DNA from: Erysipelotrichaceae bacterium
Lineage (GTDB): Bacteria; Bacillota_I; Bacilli_A; Erysipelotrichales; Erysipelotrichaceae
DNA length: 32,000 nt
NCBI GenBank assembly: GCA_963663995.1
Contig: OY760660.1
Coordinates: 1,080,001 to 1,112,000 of the forward strand
Direction of reading: 5' to 3'
Part shown: piece by piece, positions 20,064-28,108 of the stretch
Layout: every line of letters starts with the position of its first letter
How positions within the stretch are numbered: position 1 is the stretch's first letter
Notes under the pieces: generated by a model
Told to the model about the DNA's origin: nothing
The model's database searches: none
Seen by the model: only the letters and a program-made list of their open reading frames with translations
Position numbers and translations under genes: made by a program

Positions 20064-20945
20064 TTAATGGGAATCTAAAACTGCATAGACTGTTCCGATA
20101 ATCATTAGAATTACAGCACTATAGAAAGCTATTGTTAAAGTCTCATGAAAGAACATCCAAGACACAATGACACCTACAAATGGCGCAATTGCATAGAAAG
20201 CACTTGTTTTAGCTGCACCTAAATATCTTTGTGCAGAAATATAAAAATAAATACTAAGTCCATAAGCAAAAAAACCTAGAACTAAGGCAAATATTATATA
20301 GATTAAGTCAAAACTTAATTCTTTAATAAAGTAAGCAATAATTAGTGAGCCCAAACCTGAACCTATTCCTTTAATTACAACAATATGTAATGGGTTCTTA
20401 ACAGATAACATTCTGGTAAAGTTATTTTCTAATCCCCAACATATTGTTGCACTTAGTGCTAATAATGAGCCCAAAGAAAAGCTAAAGCTTTCTATATCAC
20501 TTATCGATAAAACCACACTAGCAATACTGACAAAGATAATCGCAATCCATAATTTTCGACTTATCTTTTCTTTAAATATTAAGTATGCGATGAGTGTTGT
20601 CGCCACAATCTCAAAATTGTTTAATAAGGAAACACTCTCAGCACTTGTCATTGTTAAACTAATCATTAATAATATCGGAGCGAGTATATCAAGTAATACC
20701 ATACCAATAACAAACGGACAATCATTTCTTGTTAAATTTTCACTTTTATCTTTGTGTTCTAATCTCTGCACAGATACGACAAAAAACATACCAATACCTG
20801 CACCTAAATAAAGTAACGCAGCCATTAAAGTGGGTGGTAACTTTCTCAGCAAAACCTTTGAGACTGGAGTACTTATTCCATATAAAACAGCTGCCAGAAT
20901 CGCTAGTAATATTGCATTATTTGCTTGCCTCTTTAATAATTTCAT
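20064..20945 (-). CDS. EamA/DMT family transporter
   Basis: 293 aa, about 10 TM segments, with the two-fold internal repeat architecture typical of the DMT superfamily. Confidence 0.85.
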   Translation of the reverse strand: MKLLKRQANNAILLAILAAVLYGISTPVSKVLLRKLPPTLMAALLYLGAGIGMFFVVSVQRLEHKDKSENLTRNDCPFVIGMVLLDILAPILLMISLTMTSAESVSLLNNFEIVATTLIAYLIFKEKISRKLWIAIIFVSIASVVLSISDIESFSFSLGSLLALSATICWGLENNFTRMLSVKNPLHIVVIKGIGSGLGSLIIAYFIKELSFDLIYIIFALVLGFFAYGLSIYFYISAQRYLGAAKTSAFYAIAPFVGVIVSWMFFHETLTIAFYSAVILMIIGTVYAVLDSH

Positions 20946-21184
20946 TTATCATTCAAACCATTTTTCTTTCATGAAAAGTATAACAACAGTTAATTAACAT
21001 CATAAGCATACAACAAAACTAAATATTACAGATATGATGACATTTTCAGTTACTTTTAATAAAGGAAATTTTATTGCATCATATATGATAACTTTATGAG
21101 TAAATTATCTTTTAAGCATAAAATATATTCTCATTGAATTCTGAGTCAAAATTCAGTACACTACTTCTTGTGTCGAGGTAAGAT

Positions 21185-22741
21185 ATGAGCATTTGTACAG
21201 TAGAAAATTTAACGCATGGTTTTGGTGATCGTGCGATATTTGAAGATGTTTCATTTAGATTATTAAAGGGTGAACATGTAGCATTAGTCGGAGCGAATGG
21301 TGAAGGTAAATCTACTTTCATGAGCATCCTTACAGATCACCTAGTTCCTGATGAGGGAGTGATTAAATGGGCATCCAAGGTTAGAGTTGGTTACTTAGAC
21401 CAACATTCAAGTTTGAAAAAAGGTTTAAGTATCAAAGAAATCCTTCAACAAGCTTTTTCCTATTTATTTGAAAACGAACAAGAAATTCTTTCACTCTATG
21501 AAGAAATGGCATCTAACCCCGATATCGATATGGATCTTGCTTTAGAAAAAATTGGAGTACTTCAAGATACTTTAGACCACCATGGATTTTATACCTTAGA
21601 TATTCGAATCGAAGAAGTTGCAAGTGCACTTGGTTTAACATCTATTGGATTAGAAAAAGATGTTGATGATTTGAGTGGTGGTCAAAGAAAAAAAGTATTA
21701 CTTGCTAAATTATTACTCGAAGAACCTGATATTTTATTACTTGACGAACCAACCAACTATTTAGATGAACCTCATATTGAATGGTTAAAGAAATATCTAC
21801 AAGAATATGAGAATGCCTTTATCTTAATTTCTCATGATATTGAATTCATGAATGATGTAGTTAATTTGATTTATCATGTTGAGAATTGTCATTTGACGCG
21901 ATATGTAGGTAACTATCATGAGTTTGAGCGTCTCTATGATCAAAATAAAAAAAATCTGGAGTCTGCCTTTAATCGACAACAAAAAGAAATCGCAAAACTT
22001 GAAGACTTTGTAGCACGTAATAAAGCACGTGTATCAACACGTAATATGGCTCATTCTCGTCAAAAGAAACTCGATAAAATGGATAAAATTGTTTTGAGCT
22101 CAGAAAAACCTAAACCTAGTTTTAACTTTAAGCCAGCTCGTAGTTCAAGTCGTGTGATTGTTAATGCGAGTGACTATGTTATTGGCTATGATAAACCTTT
22201 ATCTAAACCATTTAAATTTAGTTTAGAGAAAGGTCAAAAAATTGCCCTAATTGGATCTAATGGCTTAGGTAAAACAACATTACTTAAAAGTTTATTAGGG
22301 ATGATTGATCCTATTTCAGGTCACTTAGAAAAAGGTGAGTTTTTACATATAGGTTACTTTGAACAAGAATTGAAAGGATCACCTTCTACAACTTGTATTG
22401 AAGAAATATGGTCAACTTTCCCTAGTTATAGCCAAGTTCAAATAAGACATGCATTAGCTAAAGTTGGTTTAACAACTCAGCAATTAGAATCAAAAATTTC
22501 TGTTTTGTCTGGCGGTGAGCAAGCAAAAGTTAGATTATGTAAGATATTAAACACTGAATCTAATGTACTTGTATTAGATGAACCCACAAACCATTTAGAT
22601 CAAGATGCTAAAGATGAACTAAAGAGAGCCCTCATCGATTATAAGGGTGCTATCCTACTTGTTTCTCATGAACCTGACTTCTACGAAGATATTGTTAGTG
22701 ATATCGTAAATATTGAAGATTGGACAACTAAAATTTTCTAG
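21185..22741 (+). CDS. ABC-F family ATPase (two NBDs with linker, no TMD; YfmM-like from memory)
   Basis: 518 aa. Two Walker A sites (GANGEGKST, GSNGLGKTT), two signature motifs (LSGGQ, LSGGE), and a charged inter-domain linker (RQQKEIAKLEDFVARNKARVSTRNMAHSRQKKL). Confidence 0.9.
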   Translation: MSICTVENLTHGFGDRAIFEDVSFRLLKGEHVALVGANGEGKSTFMSILTDHLVPDEGVIKWASKVRVGYLDQHSSLKKGLSIKEILQQAFSYLFENEQEILSLYEEMASNPDIDMDLALEKIGVLQDTLDHHGFYTLDIRIEEVASALGLTSIGLEKDVDDLSGGQRKKVLLAKLLLEEPDILLLDEPTNYLDEPHIEWLKKYLQEYENAFILISHDIEFMNDVVNLIYHVENCHLTRYVGNYHEFERLYDQNKKNLESAFNRQQKEIAKLEDFVARNKARVSTRNMAHSRQKKLDKMDKIVLSSEKPKPSFNFKPARSSSRVIVNASDYVIGYDKPLSKPFKFSLEKGQKIALIGSNGLGKTTLLKSLLGMIDPISGHLEKGEFLHIGYFEQELKGSPSTTCIEEIWSTFPSYSQVQIRHALAKVGLTTQQLESKISVLSGGEQAKVRLCKILNTESNVLVLDEPTNHLDQDAKDELKRALIDYKGAILLVSHEPDFYEDIVSDIVNIEDWTTKIF

Positions 22742-22768
22742 TTTAGAAAATAAATTATTAAAAGCTAA

Positions 22769-22796
22769 AAGCACTTCATATGAAGTGCTTAATTTT
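22769..22796 (+). terminator. Rho-independent terminator of the ABC-F gene
   Basis: Perfect 10-bp stem AAGCACTTCA-ta-TGAAGTGCTT followed by AATTTT. Confidence 0.75.
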
Positions 22797-22966
22797 AGGA
22801 CATGTTACTCGTATGAGAACTATTTACAAGAACATATTTATTTGCTTATTTATTTATATTTACAATTTAAAAATTTGATTGATTTTAAACTCAAAAAAAT
22901 TGAAAATCAAAAATATAAATATCTTATAGTACTATTCCATTTTTAACTGTCTTATTTTTAAAAAGA

Positions 22967-23194
22967 TTACTTAACTGTTGTCTTTAATACATCAAACCCT
23001 AATTTGGTAATCACTTCATTGACTTGCTCAATTGATACATTGGAGTCTTCAAAGTCAAACTTTACCTTACTAGAATTAAATAGAACATTCACACTATTCT
23101 TATCCACACCAGCCATTGATTTAACGGCACTTTCAATCTTCATAGAACAAGATGGACAAACTAATGTATCTAACTGTAATACTGCTTTTTTCAT
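22967..23194 (-). CDS. Heavy-metal-associated (HMA) domain protein, metallochaperone-like
   Basis: 75 aa ferredoxin-like HMA fold with a CPSC metal motif (LVCPSCSMKIE). It overlaps the ATPase stop by 4 nt. Confidence 0.8.
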   Translation of the reverse strand: MKKAVLQLDTLVCPSCSMKIESAVKSMAGVDKNSVNVLFNSSKVKFDFEDSNVSIEQVNEVITKLGFDVLKTTVK

Positions 23195-25053
23195 ATAGCC
23201 TCCGATTTAATTTTAAATTTTAATAAACGCATTCCATTTAGAATGACAATTAAAATACTTCCTTCATGGACAAACATGCCAATTGACATGTTCATCCACT
23301 CACTAAAGAAAACACTTACTAATAAAAAGATGACAACTGCTATCGCAATAAATATGTTCTGTCTCATATTCATCGTGGTTTTTTTGCTTAATACATAAGC
23401 ATGAACTAAACTTTCAAATTTTGAGTTCATTAACACTACATCTGATGTTTCAATAGCTACATCTGTTCCACATCCCATCGCAATACCAATATTAGCTTGT
23501 GTAATGGATGGACTATCATTAATGCCATCACCAACAAACACAACGTGATGATTTTCTTTTTGCAGTTTCTTAACAAATTCCAGTTTATCTTGTGGCAGTA
23601 AATTCCCATAAGCTTCACTAAAATTTAGTTCTTTTGCGATAATATCAACCGTACTTTGATGATCTCCTGACAATAATATAAAACGTTTAATCCCCTGTTT
23701 TCTTAATCGTTCAATATTTTCCTTAACATTTTCTCGAAGTTGATCTTTCACACCAATAATACATTTTAAAGAATGATTAATGGACATCAAAGTTAGGGAT
23801 TGTCCACTATTTACGATTTGTCTGATCTCTTTCATCTGTTCATCATCGATAAGTACCCCTTCACTTTCCATTAATGAAAGATTACCTATGATGATCCGTT
23901 TATGATTGACTTCAGCTTTAATTCCTTGACCTTTAATCACTTCTGTTTTTTCGATTTTTACTATGGCAACCTTATCAAAATACTCAATGATTGCTTTTGC
24001 TAATGGATGCGTAGATTCATGTTCAACACTTACCAAGATAGATTCAATCTCTTTAGAGTCTTGATCAAAAATTTTGATGCTCGATACTTTTGGTCTTCCT
24101 TGAGTAAGTGTACCTGTCTTATCAAATACACAAACATCAGCCTGACTGAAACTTTGTATGATTTCACTTCCTTTGAATAAAACTGAGTGACTAGCACCAT
24201 TTCCTATTCCAGCGACATTTGACACAGGGACACCAATGACTAAAGCACCAGGGCACCCTAAGACTAAGATTGTGATTGACAACTCAATGTTTTGTGTAAA
24301 AAGATAAACAATAAACGCTAACAACAATACCACAGGTGTGTAATATTTAGAGAAGCGATCAATGAATCGTTCTGCTTGTGATTTAGAATCTTGTGCTTCT
24401 TCAACTAATTCAATAATCTTTCCAAAAGTTGTATCTTCACCCACACGTAGTGCTTGAACTTTAATCGTCCCGTTATCGACAATGGTTCCAGCAAAGACTT
24501 TCGAATCCTTTTCTTTAAATACCGTTTTTGATTCACCAGTAATACTGGCCTCATCGACATACGCCTCACCACTAAGAACTAATCCATCGACTGGTATCTT
24601 CGCGCCTGTTTTAACTAAGACGAGCTCATTCACATCTATCTCATCAATATCTACTTCTTTATAGCTTCCATCTTCATTTAACCTTAAAGCCGTTTCAGGA
24701 GCCAAATCAAGCAGTGTTTTAATCGCCATTCGCGTTTTATTTAAAGTTCTTGCTTCTAAGTAAGCACCAAACAAAAATAGAAAACTGACGATAGCCGATT
24801 CTTCATAGGCTTGAATCATAAATGCACCAAGCACTGCAATCGAAACTAAGACATCAATACTAACTACCTTAACCTTTAATGATTGGTAAGCTTGTAAAAA
24901 GATGGGTAATGACGCAAAGATTGATGAGCAAATCAATAAGACTTCAAAGACACCATAATTACCAAGTGCTAGCCTATTAAAAAAGCCAATAAGAATGAAG
25001 GTACCACTGATAAATATAATGTGGTTTTTATGCTTAAAAATTAATTTTTGCAT
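23191..25053 (-). CDS. P1B-type heavy-metal-translocating ATPase (CadA-like, no N-terminal HMA domain, CPG transmembrane motif)
   Basis: 620 aa. TGES, DKTGTLT, GDGINDSP and HEGSILIVILNGMRLL motifs. The TM6 motif reads LGCPGAL instead of the usual CPC. Confidence 0.9.
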   Translation of the reverse strand: MQKLIFKHKNHIIFISGTFILIGFFNRLALGNYGVFEVLLICSSIFASLPIFLQAYQSLKVKVVSIDVLVSIAVLGAFMIQAYEESAIVSFLFLFGAYLEARTLNKTRMAIKTLLDLAPETALRLNEDGSYKEVDIDEIDVNELVLVKTGAKIPVDGLVLSGEAYVDEASITGESKTVFKEKDSKVFAGTIVDNGTIKVQALRVGEDTTFGKIIELVEEAQDSKSQAERFIDRFSKYYTPVVLLLAFIVYLFTQNIELSITILVLGCPGALVIGVPVSNVAGIGNGASHSVLFKGSEIIQSFSQADVCVFDKTGTLTQGRPKVSSIKIFDQDSKEIESILVSVEHESTHPLAKAIIEYFDKVAIVKIEKTEVIKGQGIKAEVNHKRIIIGNLSLMESEGVLIDDEQMKEIRQIVNSGQSLTLMSINHSLKCIIGVKDQLRENVKENIERLRKQGIKRFILLSGDHQSTVDIIAKELNFSEAYGNLLPQDKLEFVKKLQKENHHVVFVGDGINDSPSITQANIGIAMGCGTDVAIETSDVVLMNSKFESLVHAYVLSKKTTMNMRQNIFIAIAVVIFLLVSVFFSEWMNMSIGMFVHEGSILIVILNGMRLLKFKIKSEAI

Positions 25054-25058
25054 AAGTC

Positions 25059-25355
25059 TTATAGATTACTATAACTATCGGATAATTCTTTAAGCATCAC
25101 AAAGACAGCTTCATATGTTTCACAGACATCACTAGGCACCTTATATGAATTAGTAATTGAATTTAAACGATCAAATTCTTCTCTTAAATCTGACTCGTTA
25201 TTTTTATATTTATCAACCAATTTATTGTATTCAACACGTACATCAAAAAATTCGGGATGATGTCCACCATGAACTCGCTCTACTACCGGAACATATTGTT
25301 GAAGCTTAGGAAAGAATCTTTCAAAAGTTTGATTAAATGCTTTTTTTTCACTCAT
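25059..25355 (-). CDS. Small helical protein of unknown function with VHGGHHPE motif (hemerythrin/RIC-like segment, tentative)
   Basis: 98 aa. RBS AAGAGG. It is the first gene behind the FNR-box promoter and ends 5 nt before the ATPase start. The motif resemblance is from memory only. Confidence 0.5.
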   Translation of the reverse strand: MSEKKAFNQTFERFFPKLQQYVPVVERVHGGHHPEFFDVRVEYNKLVDKYKNNESDLREEFDRLNSITNSYKVPSDVCETYEAVFVMLKELSDSYSNL

Positions 25356-25386
25356 ATCGATTTACCTCTTTTATTTATCTATAAGA

Positions 25387-25429
25387 AGTATATTTTTTCT
25401 GTATGATTTATTCCTTGACGTACATCAAG
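25387..25429 (-). promoter_or_regulatory. FNR-box promoter (class II geometry)
   Basis: The plus strand reads CTTGACGTACATCAAG at 25414-25429; the core TTGAC-GTAC-ATCAA is 25415-25428, 9/10 to TTGAT-N4-ATCAA. The box centre at 25421.5 lies 29.5 nt upstream of the first base of the -10 TATACT (25392-25387). That places it at about -41.5. Confidence 0.6.
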
Positions 25430-25433
25430 TATT

Positions 25434-25458
25434 TAAAAAAAGACCAGTAATTTGGTCT
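25434..25458 (-). terminator. Rho-independent terminator after the crp/fnr gene
   Basis: Minus strand reads AGACCA-AATTAC-TGGTCT followed by TTTTTTT, starting at the stop codon. Confidence 0.7.
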
Positions 25459-26159
25459 TATATCATCAGCAATTCATCAATATTCAATAATTCTATTTCT
25501 TGATTTGTTATTTGTTTAATCAAACCTGATTCTTCAAATTCAAATAGTTTTCGACTAATCGTTTCTGGACTTGTCCCAAGATAAGAAGCTAAATCTTTTT
25601 TACTCATACCTAAATGAATTATTTTTGTTGATTCTTCATTCTCGATACTTTCGACTAAATATAAAGCTAAACGAGTTTCTACTTTTTGTGTCGCAAAGCG
25701 TGTGCTTTGTTCTTCAGACTTAGATAATCGTTTTGATAATTCTGACATGATTTTCAATGATATTTGTGGATAAGTGTTCAGCAAACTCTGTAGTTCCTCT
25801 CGTTTAATCATACAGATACTTGTATTCATCATTGCACTCGCAAATGCATCATGAATAGAATCATTAAATAATGAAAGTTCGCCTGTAAAGTCGCCCGGAT
25901 TCAATAATCGAATAAGTTGACTTTTCCCATCTTCAGTTATTCGATCAATTCTTACACGCCCTCTAGAAATGACATATAATGCATCAGATTTTGTGTTTGG
26001 TTCATAAATCATTTCACCTTTTTTAAATGTTGTCGTTACTATAAGTTTCTGAATTTCATCCATCTGATCTTGAGTTAAATGATTAAAGATAGGAACTGTA
26101 CTTACACAGCCCTTATCATTTTGCATACAACATTCATGACCCAAACATTTATCTGTCAT
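25458..26159 (-). CDS. Crp/Fnr family regulator with N-terminal Cys cluster (FNR type)
   Basis: 233 aa. Cys5, Cys10, Cys11, Cys18 plus an internal Cys (NTSICMIK), a cNMP-binding-like beta-roll, and a C-terminal HTH (KDLASYLGTSPETISRKL). Confidence 0.88.
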   Translation of the reverse strand: MTDKCLGHECCMQNDKGCVSTVPIFNHLTQDQMDEIQKLIVTTTFKKGEMIYEPNTKSDALYVISRGRVRIDRITEDGKSQLIRLLNPGDFTGELSLFNDSIHDAFASAMMNTSICMIKREELQSLLNTYPQISLKIMSELSKRLSKSEEQSTRFATQKVETRLALYLVESIENEESTKIIHLGMSKKDLASYLGTSPETISRKLFEFEESGLIKQITNQEIELLNIDELLMI

Positions 26160-26486
26160 TAATATATCTCCTTATTTAAACTTTACAACTTATCTATTTA
26201 TCAGCATATTGTATCAAAATTCACACATGTTGGTCTCACTTACACTTTATCGTTTTTTACTATCAAATAATTTATCATTTTAACGTATTCTCAATTTATT
26301 TCGTTATCGAAATTAAAAGATTTTTCCAAATTTATTCAAACAAGAAAAACTCAATAAGGGGGCATTAATATATACATTATACACACGACAAAAATTAACC
26401 TAATTTAACATCTCTTTAAAGATTTTTTCATTCACAACAAAAAGTCGCAGATATTAATTAGAACTTATATTATTTCATCTCTTCAT

Positions 26487-27608
26487 CTATTCATATCGAT
26501 AGATAGCAGCGATCCCAGTTATACTTGGTATTTGCTCCTTATGCAACATCCATACTTTTCCATTATTTATTAAGACAGTTTCAACTAAATCATCCAATAG
26601 GTTATTCTTAGTACTATTTAAATCATCTTCTGGATTTAATACATCACGATCAATCTCAACCATCAAAACATCAATCTTACCTATTTTAGCAGCTTTAACT
26701 ACTTCATCAAGATTAGAAGAACACCTATGTTCTGATATTAAATTTTGATATGTATTAATCATGGACATAACTTTTTCTTCATCTAATTTATCTATGATTT
26801 CAGTCACTCTCTTTTTAAGATCATTTAAGTTTAAAGATTCGCAACTTGCATCAATGACTTGTTCTATTAAATAAGGGTTATGACTAATGTCTTTGAATAG
26901 TGAATGATGTTCACTGACAGATACCAAGATTAATGGGCACTCTGATTTCTTTGAAATGTTTTCAAAGACATAACGATCAATAAATCTAAAATACTTCTCT
27001 GTATCTCGATCGTATTCTTCTTTTTTATCCGTATTGCTTATTTGTATCGAAGGACTACCTACTCCACCAAAGGAACCTTGACTAAAATAAGAATCTGTAT
27101 GTTGTTTTCCTAAAACCGCATCTCGAGTCAAGTCTGCTTTTGAATCCATTTCAATTTTAAAAATCTCATTTCGATTCCACTGAAAAAGTTCAAAATGGTT
27201 TCGACTTAATCCTAAGACTTGATAGTCTGTCATTGATTGGAAAGCATATAATAGAGGACTTATATGAAAAAGTTCTCCTACATAGACCTTTGACTTTACA
27301 CTGCTGTGAAGGTTGTATACAAAACACTTATCAATAGATGCGAGTATTGCAATCCCTTTATTTACTTTGTCCCAAAAAAACGTATCTTTCTCTAACAAAT
27401 ACAATGGGTTCATTAGAGCATCAATATTGTCCTGATCATAGTTTTTCACGAGAGTTTCTTTTAATTCACGTAATAAGTTCTTATAAACAATAAAATTTTG
27501 TTTATTCCCCTCATTCAATCTGTGAGTTGATTGATAAAGTGAAACAACAGGACCTTTTATATCTCTAATTTCACTAAATAAGAATCTATTCTTGATTTCA
27601 TATAACAT
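26487..27608 (-). CDS. Bacterial archaeo-eukaryotic release-factor-like (baeRF family) protein, tentative
   Basis: 373 aa. The N-terminal …IKGPVVSLYQSTHRLNEGNKQNFIVYKNLLRELKETL and the C-terminal …GKVWMLHKEQIPSITGIAAIYRY match my memory of baeRF family termini (pxVSiYxPTHR … KNLLre … aAIxRY). No database search was possible. Confidence 0.55.
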   Translation of the reverse strand: MLYEIKNRFLFSEIRDIKGPVVSLYQSTHRLNEGNKQNFIVYKNLLRELKETLVKNYDQDNIDALMNPLYLLEKDTFFWDKVNKGIAILASIDKCFVYNLHSSVKSKVYVGELFHISPLLYAFQSMTDYQVLGLSRNHFELFQWNRNEIFKIEMDSKADLTRDAVLGKQHTDSYFSQGSFGGVGSPSIQISNTDKKEEYDRDTEKYFRFIDRYVFENISKKSECPLILVSVSEHHSLFKDISHNPYLIEQVIDASCESLNLNDLKKRVTEIIDKLDEEKVMSMINTYQNLISEHRCSSNLDEVVKAAKIGKIDVLMVEIDRDVLNPEDDLNSTKNNLLDDLVETVLINNGKVWMLHKEQIPSITGIAAIYRYE

Positions 27609-27622
27609 ATGGCACTCCTTTC

Positions 27623-27646
27623 AATTCCTAATACATATTAGGAATT
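27623..27646. promoter_or_regulatory. Perfect 11-bp-arm palindrome abutting the RBS of the baeRF-like gene
   Basis: AATTCCTAATA-ca-TATTAGGAATT, immediately upstream (minus sense) of GAAAGGAG and the ATG at 27608. It could be an operator or a 5'-UTR hairpin. Confidence 0.4.
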
Positions 27647-27789
27647 AGTCATAGGATTTCATAAGTTCTGCTTCTAATTTCACTATATGCTTATTTCGTT
27701 CAAAAAGATAGTTTGAATGATATTTTATATTTTTCTAATTTTTACAAATTATTAGCGAAACCAATATTATCAAAATAACTCTAATCAAG

Positions 27790-27810
27790 AAAAAAACCCA
27801 TACAATGGGC
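27790..27810 (-). terminator. Private terminator of junction element A
   Basis: Minus strand reads AAAGCCCA-TTGTA-TGGGTTTT with a run of 7 T. It begins 12 nt after the CCA of the tRNA-like core. Confidence 0.6.
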
Positions 27811-27811
27811 T

Positions 27812-27906
27812 TTAATTCACACATGGTGCGCGTGACAGGAATCGCATTACATTCCCAAATCTTCCCGTATCTTACCATATTAAAACTAGGACGGACTAGG
27901 GGGGGG
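27812..27906 (-). repeat. Junction element copy A (short form, 3 decamer units)
   Basis: The minus strand reads in this order: C8 run, CTAGTCCGTCCTAGTT, 3 units of about 10 nt, then AATGTAATG, then CGATTCCTGTCACGCGCACCA (plus 27824-27844), then trailer TGTGTGAATTAA. The 24 nt acatggtgcgcgtgacaggaatcg are identical in all three copies. Confidence 0.85.
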
Positions 27907-28108
27907 TGATTGTTATATTAAGATAGTTACTTAGCTGTTAATTGTATACGACTACTTATGTTTTTTAGTTGACATGACAATGTATTTAATACAAATCATC
28001 ACTTATAATTTTCCTCTGAACTAAAATCACTTTTTTCAATTAACTGATCTAAAGAATTATTTTTTTATAGATAACTTCCTTGCCTACTTTTGTTTCACTT
28101 ACCAAACA

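Noticed and set aside
21185-22741. ABC-F protein as an antibiotic-resistance (ARE) determinant with a leader attenuator
   Set aside because: The 518-aa size and N-terminal sequence resemble housekeeping YfmM-type ABC-Fs (from memory). I found no convincing leader peptide or terminator/antiterminator pair in 20975-21184, only a weak TGAATT…AATTCA hairpin. Nothing here supports a resistance call.
22713-22946. 77-aa ORF in the AT-rich spacer after the ABC-F gene
   Set aside because: It starts inside the ABC-F 3' end and runs through that gene's terminator hairpin. The peptide is low-complexity and Lys/Leu/Tyr-rich, as is typical of translated AT-rich intergenic DNA.
26210-26225. CRP-like site TGTAT-N6-TCACA upstream of the fnr gene
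   Set aside because: Only one half-site is good, with 3/5 in the other. It does not match the TTGAT-N4-ATCAA spacing seen at 25415-25428, and it overlaps the 12-bp direct repeat, which explains the TCACA.
27812-27906. Interpreting the repeats as intact tRNA genes or tRNA pseudogene copies
   Set aside because: Only the last 21 nt (distal T-loop, 3' T-stem strand, 3' acceptor strand, ACCA) are tRNA-like. The 5 nt needed to pair with CCTGT (ACAGG) are absent upstream. There is no anticodon or D arm, and no GCGCGTG 5' acceptor strand.
27975-27995. 13-bp palindrome TGTATTtAATACA downstream of fic, similar in form to the TGTAGTnACTACA dyads
   Set aside because: It is an AT-only palindrome in AT-rich 3' flanking DNA with no promoter context. 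It differs from the TGTAGT motif at the specificity positions and is likely chance.
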